From: a virus
Lineage: Duplodnaviria > Caudoviricetes
Length of the DNA: 64,000 nucleotides
Reading direction: 5' to 3' (one strand)
Virus record (IMG/VR): IMGVR_UViG_3300047313_000015
Coordinates: 1 to 64,000 of that record
Both the position numbers and the translations under genes were made by a program. Under the pieces are notes generated by a model. It was not told the origin of the DNA, did not search any database, and was given only the letters and a program-made list of their open reading frames with translations. Positions within the stretch are counted from its first letter, which is position 1. The number at the start of each line of letters is the position of its first letter. Shown one piece after another: positions 9,852 through 18,400 of the stretch.

Positions 9852-10104
9852 GCAGACCTGGGTGTCACCGCACGTGCTGGCACCGAACGACCGCGTCTAC
9901 CAGCGCTACAGCCCATGGAACACGGGTACGGTCAGCAAGGTGGTGAAGGGTCACACCTTCACAGTGGTCTACGATGACCCTGGCCGTAAGCCAGGTCAGC
10001 CCCGGCAGCGGTACACTTACCCTGCCAGTCTGCAACGGAACTTCCTGGTCGGCAACCCGCCAGATTCAGGGGTTCCAGCTCCGGTCCATGTGGACGAGAA
10101 CTGA
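9844..10104 (+). CDS. hypothetical protein (SH3/Tudor-like)
   Basis: GGAGG RBS, operon position. Confidence 0.6.
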   Translation: MPKQTWVSPHVLAPNDRVYQRYSPWNTGTVSKVVKGHTFTVVYDDPGRKPGQPRQRYTYPASLQRNFLVGNPPDSGVPAPVHVDEN

Positions 10105-10105
10105 C

Positions 10106-10408
10106 ATGGAAGATGAGCAGCTAGAGCTATCGCTAGGATGGCCTGAGGGCAGCTACGAGTTCTACCAGGTGTACTTCGGCCGCGCCGTGAAATGCACCGT
10201 TCCGGTGCCCTTCTGGTCCGATGACTGGCACGATGGTATGCGATCCCGGAGCTATATCGGGAACGTGTGTTCCTGCCACAAGGGCGGGATCTGCCTTCAG
10301 CCACCCATCCGGGAACAGGGGGTCCCGGAGGAAAGAGGTCAGTGTTTCCTGCTTACCTCTGACATGACACTGGAACTACTACCCGGCAAGCTGCGAGATT
10401 ACGAGTAA
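10106..10408 (+). CDS. hypothetical protein
   Basis: follows the upstream stop by 1 nt. Confidence 0.55.
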   Translation: MEDEQLELSLGWPEGSYEFYQVYFGRAVKCTVPVPFWSDDWHDGMRSRSYIGNVCSCHKGGICLQPPIREQGVPEERGQCFLLTSDMTLELLPGKLRDYE

Positions 10409-10423
10409 CAGAGGAGAACGGAA

Positions 10424-10801
10424 ATGATTGAGCTGCCAGAGGCGCAGGAGATAGCGAAGGAAATTCTCCTCTCCAACCCAGACGCACGATTCGGGCCCGC
10501 GAATTGCACGTACTTCGATGATGAGCAGAAGCCACGCTGCGTTATCGGGTATGTATTCGCCAGGATCGGTATTCCGTCAAGCCTCATGAAGCCTCATTTC
10601 ATGGGCCACACCCCGAACACATCCAGGCTGGAATGCCTGATCCGCCCCACCGCCCCTGACTTTCTTTCTGTTCACTGGAACAACAGGGTCAGCCCGGCAG
10701 CCAGCGAACTCTTTGTGAAAATCCAGGATCTTCAGGACACTGGCGCATCGTGGGGCGAGGTTTACGAGCAATTCTTCGGAGGCAGTGATGAAGAGGATTA
10801 A
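10424..10801 (+). CDS. hypothetical protein (paralog of 11975-12328)
   Basis: CVIG..F.RIG and QD.G.SWGEVYE motifs shared with 11975-12328. Confidence 0.7.
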   Translation: MIELPEAQEIAKEILLSNPDARFGPANCTYFDDEQKPRCVIGYVFARIGIPSSLMKPHFMGHTPNTSRLECLIRPTAPDFLSVHWNNRVSPAASELFVKIQDLQDTGASWGEVYEQFFGGSDEED

Positions 10802-11975
10802 CAGCAAGCTTCTCAACTGGGCCAGTATTCTCGACCCAGCCACCCTGCGGCAAGCAGAGATGACGGCGCGCATGTCGTTCATCTATCCCTGGCTGGCCCT
10901 GATGGGAGACGCGCATCTGGGCAAGGGTGCTACGGTCGGCTCCGTCATCCCTACGCTGAACTGCATCATGCCTGCTGCGGTAGGCGTGGACATCGGCTGC
11001 GGCATGATCGCCCACCGTACTCGGTTCACAGTCAACGATCTTAGTCTGGCGGCCGGTGATCTATCAGATCTCCGTGTCGCTATCGAACAGTCAATCCCAT
11101 CTTCGATGGGCCGCTATAACGACAAGGTGACGAGCAAGAACACCCGTGACCTGATCAGTCGGCTGGAGGCTATGCCCGGTATAACTCAGGCGGAGGAAGT
11201 ATCACCTAATTGGCGTATGCAGTTGGGCAGCCTGGGCAGCGGCAATCATTTCATTGAGGTAACCGCTGATGAGGAAGGCCGTATCTGGCTGTTCCTGCAC
11301 TCCGGATCACGTGGTGTCGGCAACAAGCTTGCCATGAAGCACATCAAGGCCGCGCAGGAGTATACGGTGCCAGGCTACGGCAAGCCAGCTAAGTACAAGC
11401 TGGAAAGCCCTGACCTCGCATTCCTGGAGGAGGGCACGCCTCAGTTCGATGCCTACATCGAGGCGCTTCGCTGGGCACAGCAGTTCGCCCTGTTCAACCG
11501 CGAGGAGATGATGGACCGTCTGACCAGGGAGTTCGCCGGATGGATCGGAGAGCCTGTTCTGGTGGATGATAAGATCAACTGCCACCACAACTACACCGAG
11601 CGGGAAGAGCACTACGGCAAGACCGTATGGCTTTCCCGTAAGGGTGCTATCGACGCCAGCCTGGGCCGGATGGGTCTGATCCCGGGCAGCATGGGCGCAG
11701 CCAGCTATGTTGTCAGTGGACTGGGCAACCCGGAGTCGTTCAACTCATCACCGCACGGTGCTGGTCGTGTGCACAGCCGTGGCTCAGCCAAGCGCACCTT
11801 CACCCTGGAGGATCTTGAGACCAGGATGAAGGGGATCGAATGGCGCCATGACAAGGGATTCCTGGATGAGCACCCTGGTGCTTACAAGCCGGTGGAACAG
11901 GTCATGGCTGATTCCGTGGATCTCGTTACCATCGTGCACGAGCTTCACCAGCTCGTTAACGTGAAGGGGATGTAA
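10785..11975 (+). CDS. rtcB: RtcB-family RNA ligase
   Basis: DAHLGKG, VGVDIGCGM, GSGNHFIE, HSGSRG, HHN, HGAGR, AYK, VKG. Confidence 0.95.
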   Translation: MMKRINSKLLNWASILDPATLRQAEMTARMSFIYPWLALMGDAHLGKGATVGSVIPTLNCIMPAAVGVDIGCGMIAHRTRFTVNDLSLAAGDLSDLRVAIEQSIPSSMGRYNDKVTSKNTRDLISRLEAMPGITQAEEVSPNWRMQLGSLGSGNHFIEVTADEEGRIWLFLHSGSRGVGNKLAMKHIKAAQEYTVPGYGKPAKYKLESPDLAFLEEGTPQFDAYIEALRWAQQFALFNREEMMDRLTREFAGWIGEPVLVDDKINCHHNYTEREEHYGKTVWLSRKGAIDASLGRMGLIPGSMGAASYVVSGLGNPESFNSSPHGAGRVHSRGSAKRTFTLEDLETRMKGIEWRHDKGFLDEHPGAYKPVEQVMADSVDLVTIVHELHQLVNVKGM

Positions 11976-12328
11976 TGTCAAGGCTGTCCTACCCATCAGC
12001 CAGGAAGATGCTCCGGGAAATCCTCCTGAGTGCACCGGATACCAGGTATCTGCGTTCCACCCCTCTCAGTGGTTACTACTTCAACCCGCTGACCGGTGAA
12101 CCGTGCTGTGTGGTTGGTCACATCTTCGTGAGGATCGGCGTCGAGTACGAGGATGTCTCGGCGTCCCTGGAAAATAAAACCGCTCTGGAAGCACTGGAGT
12201 GGGTCCGGATTATGGACCGGATGACTGTAAGAGCCATGACTTTCCTGCGTGAGGCACAGTGTATGCAGGATAATGAGCGGTCCTGGGGTGAGATCTACGA
12301 AGATCTATTCGAGAGCGAGGAAGGGTAA
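11975..12328 (+). CDS. hypothetical protein (paralog of 10424-10801)
   Basis: CVVGHIFVRIG; QDNERSWGEIYE. Confidence 0.7.
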   Translation: MSRLSYPSARKMLREILLSAPDTRYLRSTPLSGYYFNPLTGEPCCVVGHIFVRIGVEYEDVSASLENKTALEALEWVRIMDRMTVRAMTFLREAQCMQDNERSWGEIYEDLFESEEG

Positions 12329-12483
12329 TGGGACTCAGGATCAATCTGTGGACGCAGAGCATCGATATAGGTAACAACGTCCGTCTCGGTCTGGAACATG
12401 AGGACGTTTTCCTTCTGGACGAGCACGGTAATCCCTACGCAGTGCTGGTAAACATCAAGCGATATGAGGAGATGAAGGGATGA
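12328..12483 (+). CDS. Phd/YefM antitoxin-like small protein (51 aa)
   Basis: EDVFLLDEHGNPYAVLVNIKRYEEMK resembles the Phd core; TAATG and ATGA coupling on both sides. Confidence 0.5.
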   Translation: MGLRINLWTQSIDIGNNVRLGLEHEDVFLLDEHGNPYAVLVNIKRYEEMKG

Positions 12484-12938
12484 ACCTGGAACAGGCAGAA
12501 TACGCCAGACAGATAGCCAAATGGGCCCAGTCGGGCACCCCGGACTACAATCAGGACGAGTGGATTCTTTATTCCGGTAAAGACGAGTATGGCGATATTT
12601 CCGAGATCGTCTCTATCGAAGTCATCCGGGAGGGAAGTTGCCAGACTACTTCCTGTATCGCTGGCCGGATCGCCCTCGACCGTGCACCGGAAGGAACCAT
12701 GGTCGTAGACGGAGTCGAGCTGGTGTTTCCTGACGGGGCGGAAGTACGCATTGCTGACTTCGCAGCGGATGAGATCGGGATCACTACCGATCAGGCCCTG
12801 GCAATCTTCTGGGTTCCGGTTCCCTACGCGTCCCAGCGTCTGTTCTATGTGGCGGATCATCCAGACGCCAGTCATACCGAGATCAGGGATGCGTTCCCGA
12901 TTACGATCGAGGGAAGCACCTGGCCGGAGTTCGACTAG
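12480..12938 (+). CDS. hypothetical protein
   Basis: YNQDEW...CQTTSCIAG motif seen in actinophage proteins. Confidence 0.7.
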   Translation: MNLEQAEYARQIAKWAQSGTPDYNQDEWILYSGKDEYGDISEIVSIEVIREGSCQTTSCIAGRIALDRAPEGTMVVDGVELVFPDGAEVRIADFAADEIGITTDQALAIFWVPVPYASQRLFYVADHPDASHTEIRDAFPITIEGSTWPEFD

Positions 12939-12971
12939 GCCTCCACGGCGCTGAGAGCCACGGAGACAGCG

Positions 12972-13021
12972 AAAAGCCCCGGACCCTCTCCTACCACAGG
13001 GGGAGGCGTACCGGGGCTTCT
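12972..13021. terminator. probable bidirectional terminator between convergent operons
   Basis: AAGCCCCGG / CCGGGGCTT inverted repeat. Confidence 0.6.
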
Positions 13022-13056
13022 CCGTGCCGCTGAGAGCCGCGCAGGGCTATCTCAGG

Positions 13057-13335
13057 CTAGACGAGCTTCTTGGTCTCCGGGTAGACAGGCTTGGCCTTGT
13101 GACCCAGCAGGAAACCGAGCGCGGGGAACTTGGTCTCCAGCACCCGTGCCACCGCGTAGTACGCACCGGACAGCACAGCGGTCGCCAGAGCGGTGATCGC
13201 GACCTGCGTCGTCGGATTCACGTTCAGGCCCTTGACCGCCAGCCATGCTGCCAGAGCACCCACGCCAATCGGTACATAGGTACGGATCAGTGAAGGTACG
13301 TAATCAGATGCATCAACCTTTGCCCTCTTTGCCAT
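13057..13335 (-). CDS. holin
   Basis: two TM helices, IRTYVP motif typical of actinophage holins, next to the endolysin. Confidence 0.75.
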   Translation of the reverse strand: MAKRAKVDASDYVPSLIRTYVPIGVGALAAWLAVKGLNVNPTTQVAITALATAVLSGAYYAVARVLETKFPALGFLLGHKAKPVYPETKKLV

Positions 13336-13344
13336 CGTCTTTCC

Positions 13345-14247
13345 TTATCTCTTTGTAGTGAAATCGTGATGCGCTCGCGCGCCTCTTCTCGCCTTCAGCG
13401 AGGCAGGATTTGCCAGCACGGTTACCTTGTACCGGTTGCCTCTTCGAAGTCTGTGGAAGGTGACTCTAGGTACGGTGGTCACCTTATGGCGAACCTGCAT
13501 CTTAGGCATCTTCCGCCACAGATTAACGGTGTAGGACTTGGCTCCTACAGCAGGATCCCAGCTAACGTCAGCCTGCGTCGTGCGGGCATCCACCTTGATC
13601 CCCTGAACAGGGTTCCCGATATGATCAGCGGCAGGACGGGGCGCCGGGGGAGCGGGAAGCTTACCAGTGATAGCTATTGATTTGAACTGTGCCAGCGTTC
13701 CCTTATAGGCATTGAAGTCCACGTTGAAGCCATTGAACGGGGTATTGTCACTGTACTGCCATACGGTAGGGGACATTCCGCCGTACTGTGTCCACCCAGG
13801 TCCACCATCACTGTAAGTAGTATAGTTCGAGGACACCAGCAGCATGCCCCGGTCCATCAGCGGAGTCAGGGACGGCGAGCCGATCTGCTGCCAGTACCAG
13901 TGCGGCAGGTAGACAAGATGGATGACCCCGCCCATCCTGCGGTAGGTATCAATGAACGCCAGGCAGTCGGTCATTCCCGGTCGTGAAGAGGACGGCTCGA
14001 AGTCCAGCATAACCGGGGTCTTGCCAGCATGGGCAAGGCACCATCCCGCCTGTGCCGCAGCACTCCCTGCTGACAGGAAATGGTAGGCGAAGAAGAATGT
14101 ACCATGAGATGCGGCGTTAGCTCGCGCCCGATTGTAGTCAGGGTTGAAATATCCAGCACCCTCGGTAACTTTGCAGGCAGCAGCTACAGCTCCCTTCAGG
14201 CTAATCCCCGCCTGGAAGCTGGAGATATCCGGATAGAATATGGTCAC
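13345..14247 (-). CDS. endolysin, GH25 muramidase + C-terminal FN3 domain
   Basis: DISSFQ, KVTEG, AYHF, LDFE, WQYS; Pro linker; FN3-like tail; AAAGGGTGG RBS before GTG. Confidence 0.9.
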   Translation of the reverse strand: MTIFYPDISSFQAGISLKGAVAAACKVTEGAGYFNPDYNRARANAASHGTFFFAYHFLSAGSAAAQAGWCLAHAGKTPVMLDFEPSSSRPGMTDCLAFIDTYRRMGGVIHLVYLPHWYWQQIGSPSLTPLMDRGMLLVSSNYTTYSDGGPGWTQYGGMSPTVWQYSDNTPFNGFNVDFNAYKGTLAQFKSIAITGKLPAPPAPRPAADHIGNPVQGIKVDARTTQADVSWDPAVGAKSYTVNLWRKMPKMQVRHKVTTVPRVTFHRLRRGNRYKVTVLANPASLKARRGARAHHDFTTKR

Positions 14248-14295
14248 GGTAGACCACCCTTTCACATCGGTATTCTTCATTATACGTGCAGTGGA

Positions 14296-14889
14296 TTATG
14301 GTGCGGTTCTCGTCCAGTAACCCATGAACATCGGAACTACACGGCCGGAAATATAACTGGCATTGGCGTTGAAGTTAGTGGAAGTAGTGGCATCCACGAA
14401 CACCTGCAAGGCCACCGTGTCACCTGGGTAAAGACCCATCGGGCTCAGATCAGAGGTGCACTGGGCGGTGTCATTGGCCGTAGTGGAAACGGAGTTACCG
14501 CCACGCAGGCCGAACCGGAATGTACCGCCCGGGGCCAGGTTGGGGTTGTTAGCACCGGCCGTCATCAGGAATGCGATTCTCTCCCCGATTGTAGACGTTC
14601 CCGTCAGAAGCGGGACACAAGCCTCGAAGGCGTAATACCCCTGCGTTTGGATGGTGGGGGCGAAGCTGACACCGGAGCTGAAGAACCCGTCATTGTCATA
14701 GTCCTGCGTTCCGCCTGGCAGTGTAGTCCAGGTGTTAAGGGTAATGGACGCGGTGGCTGTCTTGTAGACCTTGAACATGGGCCGGAAGTCGATATCGGAC
14801 AGGAAACCGATAGCATCGCTGAGCTGCTGTAGCTTGGTAACGCTGGTATCACCAACGGTGAAGGACGGAATGGTAGGAAGTACAGCCAT
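14296..14889 (-). CDS. minor tail / receptor-binding protein (C1q-like jelly roll)
   Basis: TIQTQGYY motif; paralog-like to 14891-15439. Confidence 0.65.
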   Translation of the reverse strand: MAVLPTIPSFTVGDTSVTKLQQLSDAIGFLSDIDFRPMFKVYKTATASITLNTWTTLPGGTQDYDNDGFFSSGVSFAPTIQTQGYYAFEACVPLLTGTSTIGERIAFLMTAGANNPNLAPGGTFRFGLRGGNSVSTTANDTAQCTSDLSPMGLYPGDTVALQVFVDATTSTNFNANASYISGRVVPMFMGYWTRTAP

Positions 14890-14890
14890 C

Positions 14891-15439
14891 TTACACGCTC
14901 ACAAATTCCAGTGCGAAGAATGACCCGACCACCGTGTTGTTAGTAGAGTTACCAGTCGCGTCCGCGATAGCCACGACGAACAGGAAATCACCAGAGTACA
15001 GATAGAACGGCCAGATGCCACTGACCCCGGCAGCCCCTACGAAGGTGGCACCGCTGGCGATGTAACCGCCCCAGTGGTCACCACTGGTGATGCCGTTACC
15101 AGCCGGGTTGTTAGGACCGGTAGTTGACCGGATCTTGGTATTGATGGCATGGCTGCCCGTGGTAGCTATACCGACCCGGAACTTGTACCATCCGGGCGTC
15201 TGGATGGTGAGCTTGGTATTAGCACCGCTCGACCACATCGAGTCGGTATCGTAATCTTTCACGTTGAACGGTATGGTAGTCGCGGTAATACCAATGGCAG
15301 TAGATCCCAGAGAGTCATGGACCCGGGCCGCAGGTTTGGTTAGCTGGAACGTGCAGGCGTAGGCCAGTGCGTTCATCTCATCGGCCGTGGCCACATGACC
15401 GGCGGGCAATGACGGGATGGTCGGGATTACCATAGCCAT
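14891..15439 (-). CDS. minor tail protein (C1q-like jelly roll)
   Basis: DYDTDSMW...LTIQTPGWY. Confidence 0.65.
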   Translation of the reverse strand: MAMVIPTIPSLPAGHVATADEMNALAYACTFQLTKPAARVHDSLGSTAIGITATTIPFNVKDYDTDSMWSSGANTKLTIQTPGWYKFRVGIATTGSHAINTKIRSTTGPNNPAGNGITSGDHWGGYIASGATFVGAAGVSGIWPFYLYSGDFLFVVAIADATGNSTNNTVVGSFFALEFVSV

Positions 15440-15453
15440 CTGTTATTACCTCC

Positions 15454-18400
15454 TTAGACCGATACGGTGTAGGTTATGGTTAGCTGCCATGAGTTAGGGC
15501 CGCCCTTCCAGACTCCGTACTCATCTACCTTTACGGTAGACCCGTTGCCCAGAAGAATGAACTTTCCGCTCCCCTGGAAGTTGGTGGCGAACGCGGACGG
15601 CAGTGTAAAGGTAGCGGACTTACCGACATTGAACCACTGCTGCGTCACGTTACGGTTGGTAACGCTGGTAGCGTCGAATGTTCCTGCCCCCGGCACCTGA
15701 GTAGAGTACCCGAACAGACCGCGAACACCACTGCCCGCGCCAGCGCTTATATTAGTGCCGGTCAGCTTTACCGACTTGATTGCCACAATGGCGCCACCGC
15801 CTGGGTTGAGGTCTGCGTTAATCTGGCTGTACGGGAAAACAATCTGGGTAGATTCAGAACCGTTAGCATTGTTGGGTTCCGGAAGTCCCTGGTACGTGTT
15901 AAGGTCGGTGTTTCTCCTGTTCCACGGGGGATTATTCTGCTTTCCGAAATAGGCATACGTATGAGTGTTCAGGTACGTCTTGGTATTGGTGGTAGTTACC
16001 TTAGCGTTAGTAACCGTACCGCCAGTGATCAGCGAGTTGAACTGCACGCGGTCATCTATCTGGCTCCAGCCACGCCACATCATTGAGAACTTGGATCCAC
16101 CGACTCCGACGCCCGTGTTACGGGCCGCACCGCTGGACTGGAATCCGGTTACCGTTACCATATCGCCAACGCCCAGGTACATGCGGGTGGTCGGGCAGTC
16201 GATCGGGTTCTGGGTAACGACGTTGATCCTGACCTGCTCGCCCACCGGGGCGACATAGGACCCGTTGGTTACCGGGTTCACAGTGCCCGCTGCAAGGCCC
16301 TGAGCGGCAGCCTGAGCCACGCAGATGAGACCAGCGCATGCAAACCCGGCGTTGATGGTTCCTGCGGCCCAGACCAGGCTAGCGTCGATGTCATAGAACC
16401 CAGGGACGGATACCACGTACCAGTTCGGCCAGCCTGGCATCAGCCCCATACCGTTCTCGGTGTCCACGTAGATGTTGTCCCAGAACACCTGCGGGGTGCT
16501 GTTGGTGCCGCTGGGGAACGACTGCGCCTGGTTGGTAGCCCCGACCACCAGCATAGGCGGTGATGTCAGCAGGCTGAGGTTGTCGGTGATACCCCTGATA
16601 TCCAGTCCGCCCACAAACCCGTGACTGTCCGCAGCCGGGTTGTTCATGGTAGCACCGAACTGGGGTGGCCAGTAAGGACGGCCCGCGTCATGATTGGTGT
16701 TCTTGCCCGCTACCACTTCCGGGCCGGAGTCAGCCTGGCTGATACCGATCCTGGTGGTGGTGCCCAGCACGCCATAGGTGCTGTCCCCCGGCTTCCATGC
16801 TCGCTGTGTTTCAGCGGGAGAGCAGTAGAAAGCAATAGTATGTATCTGGTCGGTGATGTTCTCGGAAACGCCCTCGACAAACCATTCCCTGGACTGGCTG
16901 GCATCCGGGAAGGATGCTGGCAAGGTGCCAGTAGGCGCTACCAGTGAGTCGATATCGATAGCATAGAAGCTGCTGGTGCCCAGACCGGTCGAGGTCTTGT
17001 TCAGGGTCTTGAGGTCAATCGTGATTGATGACGGGAACATCCACGGTTCCGACCTTGAGTTAGCTTCCCATGCCGCCCTGTCATCCAGGTTAGGATCCGA
17101 GAAGTAGTAGAAGCTGGTCATGCCGAGAGAACCGAACGCCCTCGACCAGGTGATCAGCGGAAGCTGCAACGGTGAATGAACGGAGTTCTGCGCATAGATT
17201 CCGTAGTTATCCTGACTGGCCTTGTTGATAAATGACGCGCCGGTCTGGAAAGTTTGCGATGAAACGCCCATCTCATTGGTCAGGAACTGGTCGCTGACGG
17301 TCCATCCCATCTGGGTTCCGTCAAAAACATCAGGTCCCAGAAGAAGATCCGGGGATCCCTTTCCCTGGCGCCGGTCCCTGGTGTGGAACGACAGCTTACC
17401 GGTAGCATCTACAAACAGCAGGCCGTTCTCAGCCTTTTCGTATATCTGCATGGATGACAGTGCGGCAGATCCGGCAATGTCCTGGTAGTCGGTCAGTGAA
17501 AGACCGTTATGGTTACCGGTCAATGACAGCCAGAAGCTGGGCGTGTCAGAGAATGACGCGATAGTGGAGATGCAGTCGTCTGTAGTCTGCTCCCACGACC
17601 CGTACTGGCCCATCTGGCAATGGGTTCCGATCTCATTAGGGCTGAGAGCACGGTCATATACAGACGCTAGTGATACTGCGCCCCAGTGACAGCCCATGCC
17701 ACCATAGGTGCCGCCCAGAACGATGTTATCGTAGCGCTGTCCGGAAGGCAGGTTAAAGGTGGCACCGAACTGAAGGCCATCCAGGTAGGCGATGACCAGC
17801 GGCGAGGTACCGCCTATAACCACGATTGCCAGGTGGTGCGGAAGCGGGACGGAATCAGCCGGAAGGTTCTGGCTGATTGACTGGACGGTTGACGGTGGCC
17901 CGTTTCCAGGGAAGTTTTTGCCCAGGAATGCCGGTGGCTGAGCATAGGTGTTCACCTTGAATGAGTGCGGGGAAGCACCGGTCAGGAAGATACCTGCCAC
18001 GAGGGTAGAACCGTCAACCGAGTTTCCCAGCGACAGCGGTACATAAGGTCCGAACTTGGAGGCGATGTTGGTCTTTATGCCCGGGTCCATAGTGAACCAG
18101 CACTCGAATGTATAGTCGCTGGTAGCCGGTGTGAGTGGGACCGGAAGCGGTGACTGTAGCTGATAACCGATGTTGCCGGTGAACCAGTTGACCGCTGTCT
18201 GGGCCGTCAGCTTCGGCACCAGGTAAACAGATCCCTGCGGGGAGGTGAATGGTCCCGCTACCCCAGCGTCCAGACCTCTTACCGCCGTCGTAGGCTGGTT
18301 GGATCCGGGCTGCCAGAACTCTCCTCCGTCTGGTTTTCCCGGAGCCACTGCGTTGGCCAGGGTTTCCACGCCTCCGCTGGTGTCCTGCCACGCAATTGTG

